This document shows positions 13,311 through 27,657 of a stretch of DNA of 64,000 bases, piece by piece. The DNA comes from Octopus sinensis. Taxonomy: Eukaryota. Location of the stretch: the NCBI RefSeq assembly GCF_006345805.1, contig NC_043004.1, forward strand, positions 17,732,001 through 17,796,000, in the 5' to 3' direction. The number at the start of each line of letters is the position of its first letter. Positions within the stretch are counted from its first letter, which is position 1. A program made the position numbers and the translations under genes. The notes beneath the pieces were generated by a model. That model was not told the origin of the DNA. It worked only from the letters and a program-made list of their open reading frames with translations, and searched no databases.

Positions 13311-13438
13311 GTGGATTTTTGGTACAACTGGTTGTCAGTGGTATGGCTTCACAGGGATGTTGTTTGGACTAGCAAATATTGGCTTTCTCACAGCTATCAG
13401 TGTAGATCGATATTTGATCACTTGTAAATATTATATTT
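13311..13438 (+). CDS. RRH: Peropsin-like opsin, internal exon (EL1-TM3, DRY)
   Basis: Acceptor tctttttcag|G (phase 2, compatible with the upstream exon) and donor T|gtaagt (phase 1). Translates WIFGTTGCQWYGFTGMLFGLANIGFLTAISVDRYLITCKYYI, with the disulfide Cys, Tyr at the bovine-113 equivalent and DRY. Confidence 0.92.
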
Positions 13439-14272
13439 GTAAGTATCACGCATTGTTTCAACAATCTTGTGTTACTTTGACACAAATATTGCCTGCCAAA
13501 CACCACACCCAAATATAAGCTTATGAATAAGTAGTATAATCACGATATATATATATATATATGTATTTATATAGACACACACATATGTATATATATATGC
13601 GTACGTACATATATGTATATATATATATATATATATATGTACGTACGCATACACTCATACATAAATAAATACAAACATATATGTATGTATTCGTTTTGGT
13701 GCATGTGTGAAATGTAGATTTATACATAATCGCATACATATGTAAATAATAGATATACTGGAGCATGTATATAAAAGACATACCTACATGTATGAGTTTG
13801 AAAATATTTACTATATTTAATCTTTATATATGTCCAGTGCTCGTCTAATTAATTTTTCATACACTTTATGTATATTCAAGCGACACACACTCGCACAGGC
13901 ACACACACAAGCGCATACACACTCATAATTATACATATGTATATATAAAAGGCAGGATGTGTGTGTGTGTGTGTACGTGAATGTAATTTGTGCACGTCCA
14001 CAAATTAGCACGCATGTCGCTCCAATTTTAAGACATTCGTTATGGCCCTAGCTGAATTTTCGTCAACTTATTTTTCCCAGAGGCACCAGCGAATAGCAGT
14101 AAAAATAAATTTTCAACCAAAACTTTTAACAATTTTCAAGTCGAAGAAATCACCATTGTTTGCAAACAGGAGTTAAGAACCCTTCTAGAGACGACTAAGT
14201 TTTTGTTAAGACTTTTGTTGTTCTTTCCATTGAGGAAAAAAGTGTTTTGTTGATTTACGGGCAACACACACA

Positions 14273-14326
<54 letters not shown>

Positions 14327-15729
14327 ACACACACACCACACACACACACAATAATATTCATTGTGCAAGTTGTTCAGTAAATCAATACACCAGCGCCAAC
14401 ATCTCCGCACTTTCTTCATTAGTTCAGCGGCGATAGGGAGAGAGGTCACATAGAACGGTAGAGTCTATATGGAGTGTTATAATAGAAAGATAGAAAAATC
14501 ACAGAAAGAATTGATGAATAAATAGGAAGATAGACAGGGATAGAGGGGGGGGAGAGAAAAAAGAAAGAAAGGAAAAGAGAAAGAGAGGGTTTAGTATTCA
14601 TTTTAGTGCAAATATTCATATTAATGTAGAAACATTAAGGATTTGTATGAGCAGGTCGATGGATACGGTGCGTATAGAACATATTATTATCTATGCAATA
14701 CAGGCGTAGAATTCTTGCACGCCAGTCTTCGACTTGTACCTGAATTCCGTTATATGACTGTTAAAATGACGAAAGCAACAAGCAAACGATTGTTCGTTTC
14801 ATACTCGTACTCCTTACAGGAATAATTCCACCTCCACATAGTAACTATCAATAGATAAGTGGATCGAGTCATTGAGAGTGAAATATCGACTACGCCTGTA
14901 TATTAACTGTGACACCCACTCAGTGTCATCCAACCAACGTGTGAATCTTAAAATTGTCGACATGATGCCTGAAGCGAAAAAATACAAACAAGATCAAATC
15001 TGAGTTGAGTGTTAAACAGCAACCAAAAAGAAAAACTAGTAAATTTTAATGACAATATACACTTAACATTTGTGAGAGTTAAAAATTGTGCATAGTATTA
15101 GGCATGCTACAGAATAACTTTATTAATATTTCCTTTAATCTGTGACACCAATTACTGGAATTTGGAACGATAGCTTTTGATATAGTATCTAGCGGTTTTT
15201 AACTTGGCTTTCACTTTTATGTTATTTCAATATGTGATTAATTACCTTTGAGAATTCTTTTCAAAATTTAATGCAAATCCTGCAAAACTAGAAGTTCTTA
15301 CATAACACTGAAATATAAAGTAATATAAAATGTTGCATTTATAGAGCTCTTTTCGTGACGGTCGATAACATTTAATTTTATAATAACAAAATAATTTATG
15401 AAATAATTAGGCACTATACTGTACGGCGGAATATATCAAGTTTTTTTTTTAGCCAATGTCGTATGTATAGGTGCAGGCATGGATGTCTGGCTAAAGAAAT
15501 TCGCTTTGCAACCATGTGGCTTAGAATTCCGTCCTAAAGTATGACAACTTGGACAAGTGTCTAGTACTTAAGCACCAAGCTGACTAATGGCTTGTGAGTA
15601 AATTTAAGAAATAAAAAGTGTGTGGAAGCACGTCTCACACACACACACACATATATATTAATTTTGCGTCAAAAACTCGTAAAATACCATATATCATAAT
15701 ATGCACATGCTCAAACATCAACAAAATGC

Positions 15730-15774
<45 letters not shown>

Positions 15775-15823
15775 GTATATGTATATATATGTATATGTAT
15801 ATGTATATGTATATATGTATATG

Positions 15824-15862
<39 letters not shown>

Positions 15863-18748
15863 TAATATATGAATGAGTAAGGAAGATGCACAAGTATCAA
15901 TTCATTACGACCGTTTCAAGCGACTCATTTAATTGATTAATGGAAACATTACATCATTTAAAAGAAACCCTTCTCGTCAGATGACCGCACTGACTTCCAA
16001 CATAAAGGATACAACCACTGCTTTAACATATTCACATCAACAATGCAATACTCAAAATATTTACATTGTTTCTGTTGTCATATCTCTGGAAGAATGAGTT
16101 TAGAAAATAATGCATACCTTGTCAAGTCTACTATAATTTAAAGAGCAGGTGAGGAAATATTGGAGTCAGGATAAAAAGATTGGTGACCTAGTTACACTTG
16201 GAAGACAAAGTGTAGAATGTAGTTTTTAATCATTTGAAATCAATCCATTGGGATTTGTCCAATGTATTCTAGTTAATGGTGATAAATCGATTAATGTTAG
16301 ACAATCTACAAAGCTCTCAATGTACTGGAACCATATATCCAGGGCGTGGGGTAATGATAAAGGAACGCTTGATGGGGAAAGGAATGATAATTGGAAGAAA
16401 GAAGGATAGGGATGGCCAATACTTATTTTGATTATCATATTAAAGGGGAATATGATGAAAATCCAAAGGAATATATAATATAAAATTTAGGGATGGAATT
16501 TAGAATCAGAGAATAAGGGAGGTAGTATATTATAACTTAGTAAATTTGCAATGTTAAAGCGAGAAAATTTAAACCAATATCTAAAACTGAGTAATAGGAT
16601 ACTTTAATTAGAAAAATCTTAGCGGTATTTTGTCAGTCTTTATGCTCTGAGTTCAAATTCCGCCGATGTCGACTTCGCCTTTCATCCTTTCGAGGTCGAT
16701 AAATTAAGTACCAGTTGCTTACTGGGGTCGATCTAATCGACTGGCTCTCTCCCCCAGAAGTTCGGGCCTTGTGCCTAGAGTAGAAAAGAATATATATGAA
16801 AAATACATTAAGATTTTTCTTAAACATAATATATAGAAGATCAGGGTAAAACTATTCTATAATGAATGTATAACAGAATTAAATTATCATATGAATAGAA
16901 ACTTATCGTATACATTTAACTAATATAAGGACGTTTCGCTTCATTACGGGTGGATAAATATAAGATATCGTAAGAAATGATTTCCTATATACGGGATATT
17001 TAAATTAGAGATATACCAAATGTATAACGGAGTACGTTCAGATACAGTACCTAAACAAATTTGGGGATATAAACACCTAATGAATATACTGCATGATTAA
17101 AAAAATATAATAAGAAATCGCATATCCAGTGAATTATATAAAAAGCCATATAAACTGTCAAAATAATTGTTGTAATTTATAAACTCTATGAAGGTATATA
17201 AAAGGATATATAAATGTATATAAATATAAAATATGAAATATAAAAATTTATAAAATATAATGTGTAATTACAAATATAAAGATATAACATTACTTTATAC
17301 AGTGAGTTTTATGAAAAGAAATTATAAACTGCTAAAACATTTATAGGCTGTAAAAGTTACACAAATGTATAAGAGAGTTTATAAATACATAAAAATTTAA
17401 TAAGTTTAAAATTTTTTTATATAGGACATCACTACAACATATGTGGAAAGGAGGTATTTAAGATTTATAATCTTGGAGCGAGTTATACACTTTAAATCTT
17501 AAATACACCCTTCCTTCTTATGTTGTAGTGATGTCCCCTCTTTTAAAACCTCTTTAATTTGTTTTGATTCGGCAAAGTCATCCTGCGACCAGCAATGATC
17601 AGGCAATCACAACATATACACATTCAGTGGATTTTAAATGATTTCTAAATGTTTCCTAAATGTTTTTTAAATGTCCTTAACAGTATAGTTTATGTGTTTA
17701 TCTGAAGAAAACGTTTTTTTATAATAATATAATGTACTCACTGATGAATTAAAAAATTCGTTGGAAACGGCTGTAACTAATCAACACCTATCCATCGTTT
17801 GTTATTTACTTAATCATGATTCATCTCTCTCGGAACCTGTTCCCCGCGTATTCCGAACTATATTATGGACCGTAAATTGAATTCAATGTGAGCTTATGAA
17901 TTAGCCCAAGGACTGATGATATACTCAATCGGTTTCAATTGATTGTATACATAACCTGAATATCTTTCTGCCTCTTCTTCGGTACCAGAGTTTATATTCG
18001 TCTATAGTTGCTGTGCATACATTTTAATTCTGACCCGATCCGGTGCCTTACAATTTAAGTGCCTTATTCACCAAGATTTTGTATTCTCTTTCTTTTTATT
18101 TTCTCTTTGTTTATTTCTTCGTGTTCCTTTCTGTTGAAGAGCGTTGGCTCAAAACATAAAAGATTTTCTCACCTTCCAGAGCGTTAAACTAATACACCTG
18201 TCCGTCGTTTACACACCTGCCTTCGTCTTTTGTTTTTCTGTAAATTTCAAATATTAATCTTTACTCTTTTAATCTTTTAGTTGTTTCAGTTATTTGACTG
18301 CGGCCATGCTGGAGCACCGCCTTTAGTCGAGCGACTTATTCTTTGAAAGCGTAGTACTTATTCTATCGGTCTCTTTTGCCGAACCGCTAAGTTACGGGGA
18401 CGTAAACACATTAACATCGGTTGTCAAGCGCAATGTTAGGGGGACAAACACAGACACACAGACATATACACACACACATATATATACATATATACGACGG
18501 GATTCTTTCAGTTTCCGTCTACCGAATCCACTCACAAGGCTTTGGTCGACCCGAGGCTATAGTAGAAGACACTTGCCCAAGGTGCCACGCAATGGGACTG
18601 AACCCGGAACCATATGGTTGGTAAGCATGCTACTTAGACACTCCTGCGCCTAAACATATTAGAAAATTAAATTAATTAGAACTACTAGTGAAGTCATTCT
18701 TTTCCCTTTTCTGACACACATACAACACGCACACACAGACACACACTG

Positions 18749-18779
<31 letters not shown>

Positions 18780-18780
<1 letters not shown>

Positions 18781-19180
18781 CTGAAAAAGGAAAAGAATAA
18801 CTTCACTGGTAGTTCTAATTAATTTAATTTTCTAATAATATAGTAAAAGTTAATTTAACAGTTTGGTTTGTGGGTCTATTAAGTTCTTTGTTAACTTCGA
18901 TGGGGAGATTTTTTAAAAGATTCCTTGTTAGCGCTTCTGGAGAAGTTTCTTACATTCATCGGTGGTGGTTATCTACAGATCAGTTTGGTAACCACCATCG
19001 AAGAATGCGGGAAAGTTCTCCAAAAAAAAAAAAAAGCTAACAAGGGATCTTTAGAAAACCTCCCCACCGAAGTTAAAAAAGAACTTACTAGATCTACAAA
19101 CCAAACTGTGTAATTAACTTATATTATTAGAAAAGTGAATTAATTAGAACAACCAGTGAAGTAATTCTTTTTCTTTTTCA
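18780..19180. repeat. ~400-bp imperfect palindrome (foldback/MITE-like)
   Basis: Arms pair along the whole length around a centre near 18975 (ggtggttatc...gtaaccacc). An extra copy of the terminal arm lies at 18657-18714. Confidence 0.85.
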
Positions 19181-19823
19181 AATACGCCAACGTGAAGTGA
19201 AGTGTTTTGCTCAAGAATATATCACCCAGGCGAGGAACGGGAACCACAAGCTTACGATCATGATTCCACTACCTTAATCTCTGAGCCATGCGACTCCACA
19301 CGCATATACACATATATATGTGTATGTATGTATGTATGTATGTATGTATGTATGTATGTATTATGTGTGTATGCATGTATACATATATATATGCATATAC
19401 ATATATGTATATATATATATGCATATACATATATATATGTATATATGTATATATATGTATGTGTGTATGTATGTATCTCTCTCCTCTCTATCTATCTATC
19501 TATCTTCTATCTATATACCCATATATACCTACATGGTTGTGTGTGCACATCAGTTTTAGTGTGTGTAGACAAGCGAATGTAGTTTGCTCTCCAGTACACT
19601 ATTCGTATATCTGAAACACGCCATCTCGTAAACATGTTTATGTTCAGTTTTGTTATTTTTTATTTGGTGAACCTCATATTTACTCTCATCTCAGATATTA
19701 TCTCGACATACTCTCACACACAAACCAACCACTACGCTCATAACAAAAATTATCCAAACACTTACAAACACTCCACAGCCCCACCTACACAACGCGCATA
19801 TATATATTATATATATATATATT

Positions 19824-19888
<65 letters not shown>

Positions 19889-20322
19889 TATATTATATAT
19901 GTATATTATATATTATAATATATATATTATATAGATATATTATAATATATATATATTATACACGCACATAGAAATTCATAAGATAGTCATCGGTTTCGCC
20001 TACGGCTCATCAGGTTTTGCCAGTATACATTCATAAATCCATACATACATGCGTCCATACAAACCCACAAATACATACATACCTTCCACAAACATTATAT
20101 TATAGTATTCGCCTTTGTGATAGTGGCAGCAGCTGTTCTTATGAGCCAGCAGATAAAATCACACACCAAAACACACACACATGTACAAACGAGCATAGAT
20201 GTGGCCAATATCATATATTCATTCCGAGTGGGTGAATTAATCTGTCTCCGCTCCGAGCGTTTTGTCTCTCGGTAGCACTCATTCAGGCGTCTAAGTGGTT
20301 AACTTACGTGGTGTATATGTGT

Positions 20323-20434
<112 letters not shown>

Positions 20435-21699
20435 TGTGAAATAGGAAGATGAATAATCTTGTAGCAGATTAATCAAAAGTTTAACCGATACCTTGGTAGC
20501 AAAAATCACAGCAGAAACAGCACGGTGGAGGTACAACCATATGGTGTTGCAACCGTGCGTTGGTGCGGATAATGAAATTAAAATATTATTGGTGAATTGA
20601 AGAAATGGAGCTGAACGAAGATTGAACAGAAATCGTTTTATTTCATTCTACACGTGTTTCGAAAGGCACAATTTACCAAAATCCGATTGAATATGAGACC
20701 ATATTGTGTCTTTCTCTTCGTTCAATCTTCGTTCAGCTCCATTTCTTCAATTCACCAATTATATATATATATATATATATGAGAGGGTGTGAGTGTGCGT
20801 GCGTGTATGTATGTATATACATGTGTGTGTATGCGTGTGTCTATATGTGTGTGTGTATATGCATGTGCGTCCGTGAGTGAGGGGAGAGGATGTTTGCACG
20901 TGTGCGCATGCACGTATATATAAGAAACAAGGTCTTGTATATACGATGATATGTATTATTAGTTGAGAACAGAAGAGATTATTAACGGATTTTTCCCAAA
21001 ATAATGATATATATAATTACAGGATCCCTTTAAACATGTCTCACTCACTAGGTGCTCCAAGGAGGGGCGAGGGTTAATTTCCAAAACATGAGGGCTTTTG
21101 TTTAACTGCCTACCATAATTAGTATAATATTTTTGTCAATGCAAAATTTGTATACCTTAAAAGTCATGATATTTAGCCGGTTATTCTTTCCGCACTTGCA
21201 GAAATCTCTTTACCGGCTATACTTTGTTTATAGCAAAATAGCTTCTGACAGCCTCAAGCTATGTGATTCTTTGAGGGCTGATAAATTTGACGGTAATATA
21301 CTTAAAAATATGTACATTTATATGAGTAAAATTATAGAAGAGTAGTAACCCAATCCGCCCAATCGTCTTTCTATCTTAGCCTGCTACTCTGGGAAAGTCT
21401 GTGGAGTAGAGTCCTATCAGAGACAACCTTCATTATATATACCGGATAGCTTCCCAAGTAAGACCAACTGAAAGTATGGGTATAAATCATCACATTCTTG
21501 GTTTACTCCTTAGCACTCCAGTTGGGGATCTGGTTATCAGGTGACACAGTAATTGAATTTAGGATGCAATTTAACTTGACTACGCACCTGAAATTCCAGA
21601 TAAAATTAGTGTGGAGTATATATATATATATTATAATATATTATATATATATATATATATTATACTTACATAAGGCCAAAGACGCCGCTATATATATTA

Positions 21700-22660
21700 T
21701 ATGTAGAAAAATACAAACTGGGACAAGAACGTAAAACATTTAGAAGACGATACAAAAAACACGGACGGGACATTCGAAACCTTCAATCTTCAGTCAAGAA
21801 CCGGATCATCCTAGCAATTTCGGTTGATTAATCTTGAGATCGCTCCGATCCGGACTGCCCCAAGGAAAAACTAAGCTACGAGCATTAGATTTCTTGGAAA
21901 AAGGATCGAATGTATACGAAACAGGGACCTCCTACATTTCTCTGCCTTTCACGCTTTGCACTCTACTTTGATCTGTCTCTTTCTCTCTCCCTAATTCTCC
22001 TCCTTTTCTCTTTTCTTGCCTCTGATTCTTTGGTCTACTCTTCCCCCACTTTCTCACATTTCTCTGTCTTTCTCACTTTGCACTCACTGATTCTGTCGTG
22101 AAGCCAATCCTTGGCACGCTCTCTTTCTTCTGCCCTCTTTAATTCCTTCTTTCTCTCTCTTCTCCCCCCTTTGTTGCCTTCGTCCCTCTTTTTCTCTCTT
22201 TTTGATTCCTTTGCCTCCTTTCTTTTCTCTCTCTTCTCTCACGTGACCGCTGGTCAACCAGCCTTTCGGTTTCTAACCAGCGCCATGAGAAAATCGTTGT
22301 ATTCGTCTGCCGAAAAAGGCATTTTTTCCAAATACGCCAGCTAAACTAAGTTGTACTGTCTATTAGTCGTAATACACCCGCTGTTTTTGTCCTGTTTTTA
22401 CCAGTATTGTTTTTTGTATTTTATATTCGTGTGACATCGTTCGTTTTTCTGTCCCTGTTTCGTATACATTCGATCCTTTTTCCAAGAAATCTAATGCTCG
22501 TAGCTTAGTTTTTCCTTGGGGCTGGACGGATCGGAGCGATCTCAAGATTAATCAGCTGAAGAAGGGGAATATTCCTTGTATTGTATGTCTTGTACTCTGT
22601 TCGTTGTTTGAAAAAAAAGTTCGTTTTATGTTTTCGTTTCTCATTGTGTTTCAACCGTTT
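21700..22660. mobile_element. Non-coding PLE-terminal-repeat-like inverted structure
   Basis: 21823-21928 is the reverse complement of 22451-22555. It has a pyrimidine-rich interior, partial CTGAAGA cores and (TA)n flanks. Confidence 0.5.
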
Positions 22661-22766
22661 TTTTCATATCATCATGTATTATACATAATGTATATGTATA
22701 TGTATTTGCATATATTTAGATATTACATATATATAATATACATGTATATTTATACATACATGCATA

Positions 22767-22849
<83 letters not shown>

Positions 22850-22869
22850 GTATATATATTGTATATATA

Positions 22870-22920
<51 letters not shown>

Positions 22921-23091
22921 CTATGTATATGTATATATATGTATAGGTATATATATTATGGTAAGTATATATTGGTGTATATAGTATGTATATATGTATA
23001 TATATGTATATATATAATATATATGTATATTGTATATTATATATATGTATAGTATATTATATATGTGTATAATATATATATGTTAAATGTG

Positions 23092-23128
<37 letters not shown>

Positions 23129-23415
23129 ATGTATATACTATATGATATGATATATATATATGGACTATGATGTGTTTGTGTGCGTGTGCCTGTGTGTGTT
23201 ATATATGTATTCTCTTTTACTCTCTTACTTGTTTCAGTCATTTGACTGCGGTCATGTTGGAACACCACCTTTAGTCGAGCAAATCGACCTCAGGACTTAT
23301 TCTTTGTAAGCCTAGTACTTATTCTATCGGTCTCTTTTGCCGAACTGCTAAGTTATGGAGACGTAAATACGCCAGTATCGGTTGTCAAGCGATGTTGGGG
23401 GAGACAAACACACAC

Positions 23416-23448
<33 letters not shown>

Positions 23449-23745
23449 CACACACACATATATATATGCATATATACGACGGGCTTCTTTTCAGTTTCCG
23501 TCGACCAAATCCGCTCACATGGATTTGGTCGGCCCGAGACTGTAGTAGAAGACACTTGCCCAGGGTGCCACGCAGTGGGACTGAACCCGGAATCATGTGG
23601 TTGGTAAGCAAGCTAAATACCACACAGCTACTCCTGCGCCTGCAAACACATCCACTCCTGCGCCTACGTGTATACATACATACACACGCCCACACGTGTG
23701 TGTGTATATATATATATACATACATACATACATACATATTATATA

Positions 23746-23811
<66 letters not shown>

Positions 23812-24695
23812 CACATACATACTTAGATACTTAGATAAATTAATAGCACCACTTGGAAAAGGCATTTAAAATTGTGATGTGAGGGGAACATGACTTTTAT
23901 AGAGGACGGATAGCACGGGGATCAAGCCTCGGTTGAATTTTAAACTGGGTACCAACATCATTTCAGTAGTGCTGTTGGAATATACATATACACGACGGGA
24001 TTCTTTCAGCTTTTGTCTACCAAATCCACTCACAAGGCTTTGGTCGACCCAAGGTTGTAGTAGAAGACACCTGCCCAAGGTGTCACGCCAAGGGACTGAG
24101 TCCGGAACCATGTGGTTAGGAAGTAAGCTTCTTACCACACAGCGATGGCCGCGCCTATCTAAACATTTTTTTTCACAATTCTTTATAATATTTAAGTATA
24201 AAAATGTAATAGGATATTTTAAACATTATACGACTAGGAGGGCCCATCCATTGGAGAAATATAGTTGAGAACCACTGCAATAATGCATGGAGAAAATTAG
24301 CCGGGCGTAGACAGTGTGTTAGCTGAATCCTTAGCGGCGTTGTTAAAAACATGTCTTGTGGAATTTGTCTTTACGATCTGAGTTCAAATGCTGCTGGGGG
24401 GCTCACCTTTGCCTTTTATTCGTTCGGGGTTGAATAAAAGTAGAGTACCAGTCAAATACCGGGGTCAATAGAATCGATTAAACCGTATCCTCAAAGCTGC
24501 TGACTTTGTACCCAAATTAGAAGCCATTACTTTCATTACAAATGAATGGCCCCAACATATATGTGATGCATTGAGTCGTTATCGATCTGCTGTGTCCTAG
24601 ATATTCGTTGAACATTTCACTAGATATAAATCTTTATCTCGTTTTCGTATTTGGTTTGCAAGATTCTTTATGTGAATTCGTGTGTTGAAGCATTT

Positions 24696-24937
24696 TTTAT
24701 TGTGTCTGGGAAGAGTCATTCTCTTTTAGTGCCTTATTAATTTAACACACTCACCAATTCGATTTCCACTCATTTACTTATATATTTTAACTAAAATTTC
24801 GTTGCGTTTTGCAAACTTTTCAAGGCAAGACGCATCGAAAATTTTAGTAAAAATAGACAAGTAAATGAGTAGAAATCGGTGAGGGTGTTAAATTAATAAG
24901 GCACTAAAAGAGAATGATTCTCCCCATACACAATAAA
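24696..24937. repeat. ~240-bp palindromic MITE
   Basis: tcattctcttttagtgccttattaatttaacac... pairs with ...gtgttaaattaataaggcactaaaagagaatga. Confidence 0.85.
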
Positions 24938-25159
24938 TATTTATCGTTTACCTTTTAATCGTTTCAGTCATGAGACCATGGCCATACAGGAGCACCGCTT
25001 TAAATGATGTTAGCCGGACAAATAAACGCAGTACTTGTAGTTTTGTAAAGTCTGGTACTTATTTTATAAGGCCTCTTTTGCCGAACCGCTAGGCTACGCG
25101 GGCGTGAACTAACAAGCAGTGGTTGTCAAGTTGCAAGGAGGAAAGGGTGATAAACACAG

Positions 25160-25197
<38 letters not shown>

Positions 25198-25199
25198 CA

Positions 25200-25232
<33 letters not shown>

Positions 25233-25559
25233 ACAAACAAACAAACAAACAAACACACACACGCACATACGCACATATGACGGGCTTCAATACAGTTTCT
25301 CTTAATCAAATTCTCAGTTGCCCAAAATGAAACTCTGTGGTTGCCAAACAAGCTTGTTAAACACACAGCTAAGCCTGAACAAATTTGGTTTCTCGTAAGG
25401 AAGAAGAAATATCTTACGTTTCAGGTAATAATGTCTGCCAGAAAGTGATGATTTCTGATGATGTGATGGAATTACATTTGTCTTTCTCATTAAATCCAAT
25501 CATATTTTTCAGTCTCCAAAGAGAATAAAATTTTCAGGAAGAAATGCTATTCGAAAGAG

Positions 25560-26115
25560 TATGAGACGTTTGGCACAGCAGTTTTGGCGCCGTTTATCTG
25601 GCGTCGATGATTCGACGCTCACTTATTTGACATCACACATTTGAATATTCCTCTTGGTCTCTCCTTCGCTTTCTATATTTTCTATCTCTTTCTCAGAATA
25701 TGGGTCTCTGCTTATGTTTGTATATTTGTGTAAAGGTGGTGAGCTGGCAGAATCGTTAGCATGCTATATGTTTCGAGTTCAAATTCCTCCGAGGCCAATT
25801 TTGCGCTTCACCCCTTCCAGATGAATAGGTATGAGATGAGCATTGGGGTCCATGTAATCGACTAGTCACTCCCTCATCATTTCAGGCATTATGCCTATCG
25901 AAGGAAGAATATTTATGCAATGCCTTACTCAGTATGTCTGATTGTCAGTATTTCTCTGTCTGTCTCTCTCTCTCTCTGTATCTGTATGCTATATTTGTGT
26001 GCGTGCGCGCATGTTTGTTTCCAGTTCCAAAACGTACTGTCGCCAAACATATTGAAAATTCAGCCGGCCTTGCAAAATTGTCCCGTATCAAAACAACCGT
26101 GTCCCAGAGTCTCAT
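25560..26115. mobile_element. MITE of the 7190-7615 family carrying a nested SINE fragment
   Basis: Left end atgagacgtttggcacagcagttttggcgcc and right end gtgtcccagagtctcat; SINE fragment at about 25735-25915. Confidence 0.5.
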
Positions 26116-26368
26116 CCCCTACCCAAAACGTTAGATTTCCTTTCTTCTTCCAGAAAACTAATTTATCCTACTTCTGAACTGCTTACGTTCACTAATTGCA
26201 GCAGACACATAACATCACAAGTATTTTTGGATTCGTTTGTTTACTTCGATCATTGTTTGTTTACAGGAAAAATGAGATCTTCAAACTATTATACACACAT
26301 CAAAACTTGTTATTACCAAACATACACACATACACACACTCCACAGACATATACATATATGAATATAC

Positions 26369-26413
<45 letters not shown>

Positions 26414-26581
26414 ATATGTATATATATATGAGTGTGTCTGTATATAATTGTATGTGTGTGTGGGGGGAAGTGTGTATATATGCATGTACTACTGTATGTA
26501 AACATATACGTAGTATATATATATATGTGTATGTATATATATATATACACATAATATATGATATATTATATATATATATTA

Positions 26582-26612
<31 letters not shown>

Positions 26613-26621
26613 ACATATGTT

Positions 26622-27545
<924 letters not shown>

Positions 27546-27557
27546 CTATACATATAC

Positions 27558-27657
<100 letters not shown>

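Noticed and set aside
17735-17785. CTGATGA…GAAACGGCTGTA motif
   Set aside because: No stem I pairing, so not called as a ribozyme.
21765-21800. Minus-strand CTGAAGA…GAATGTC motif
   Set aside because: It lacks the GAAA core and convincing stems.
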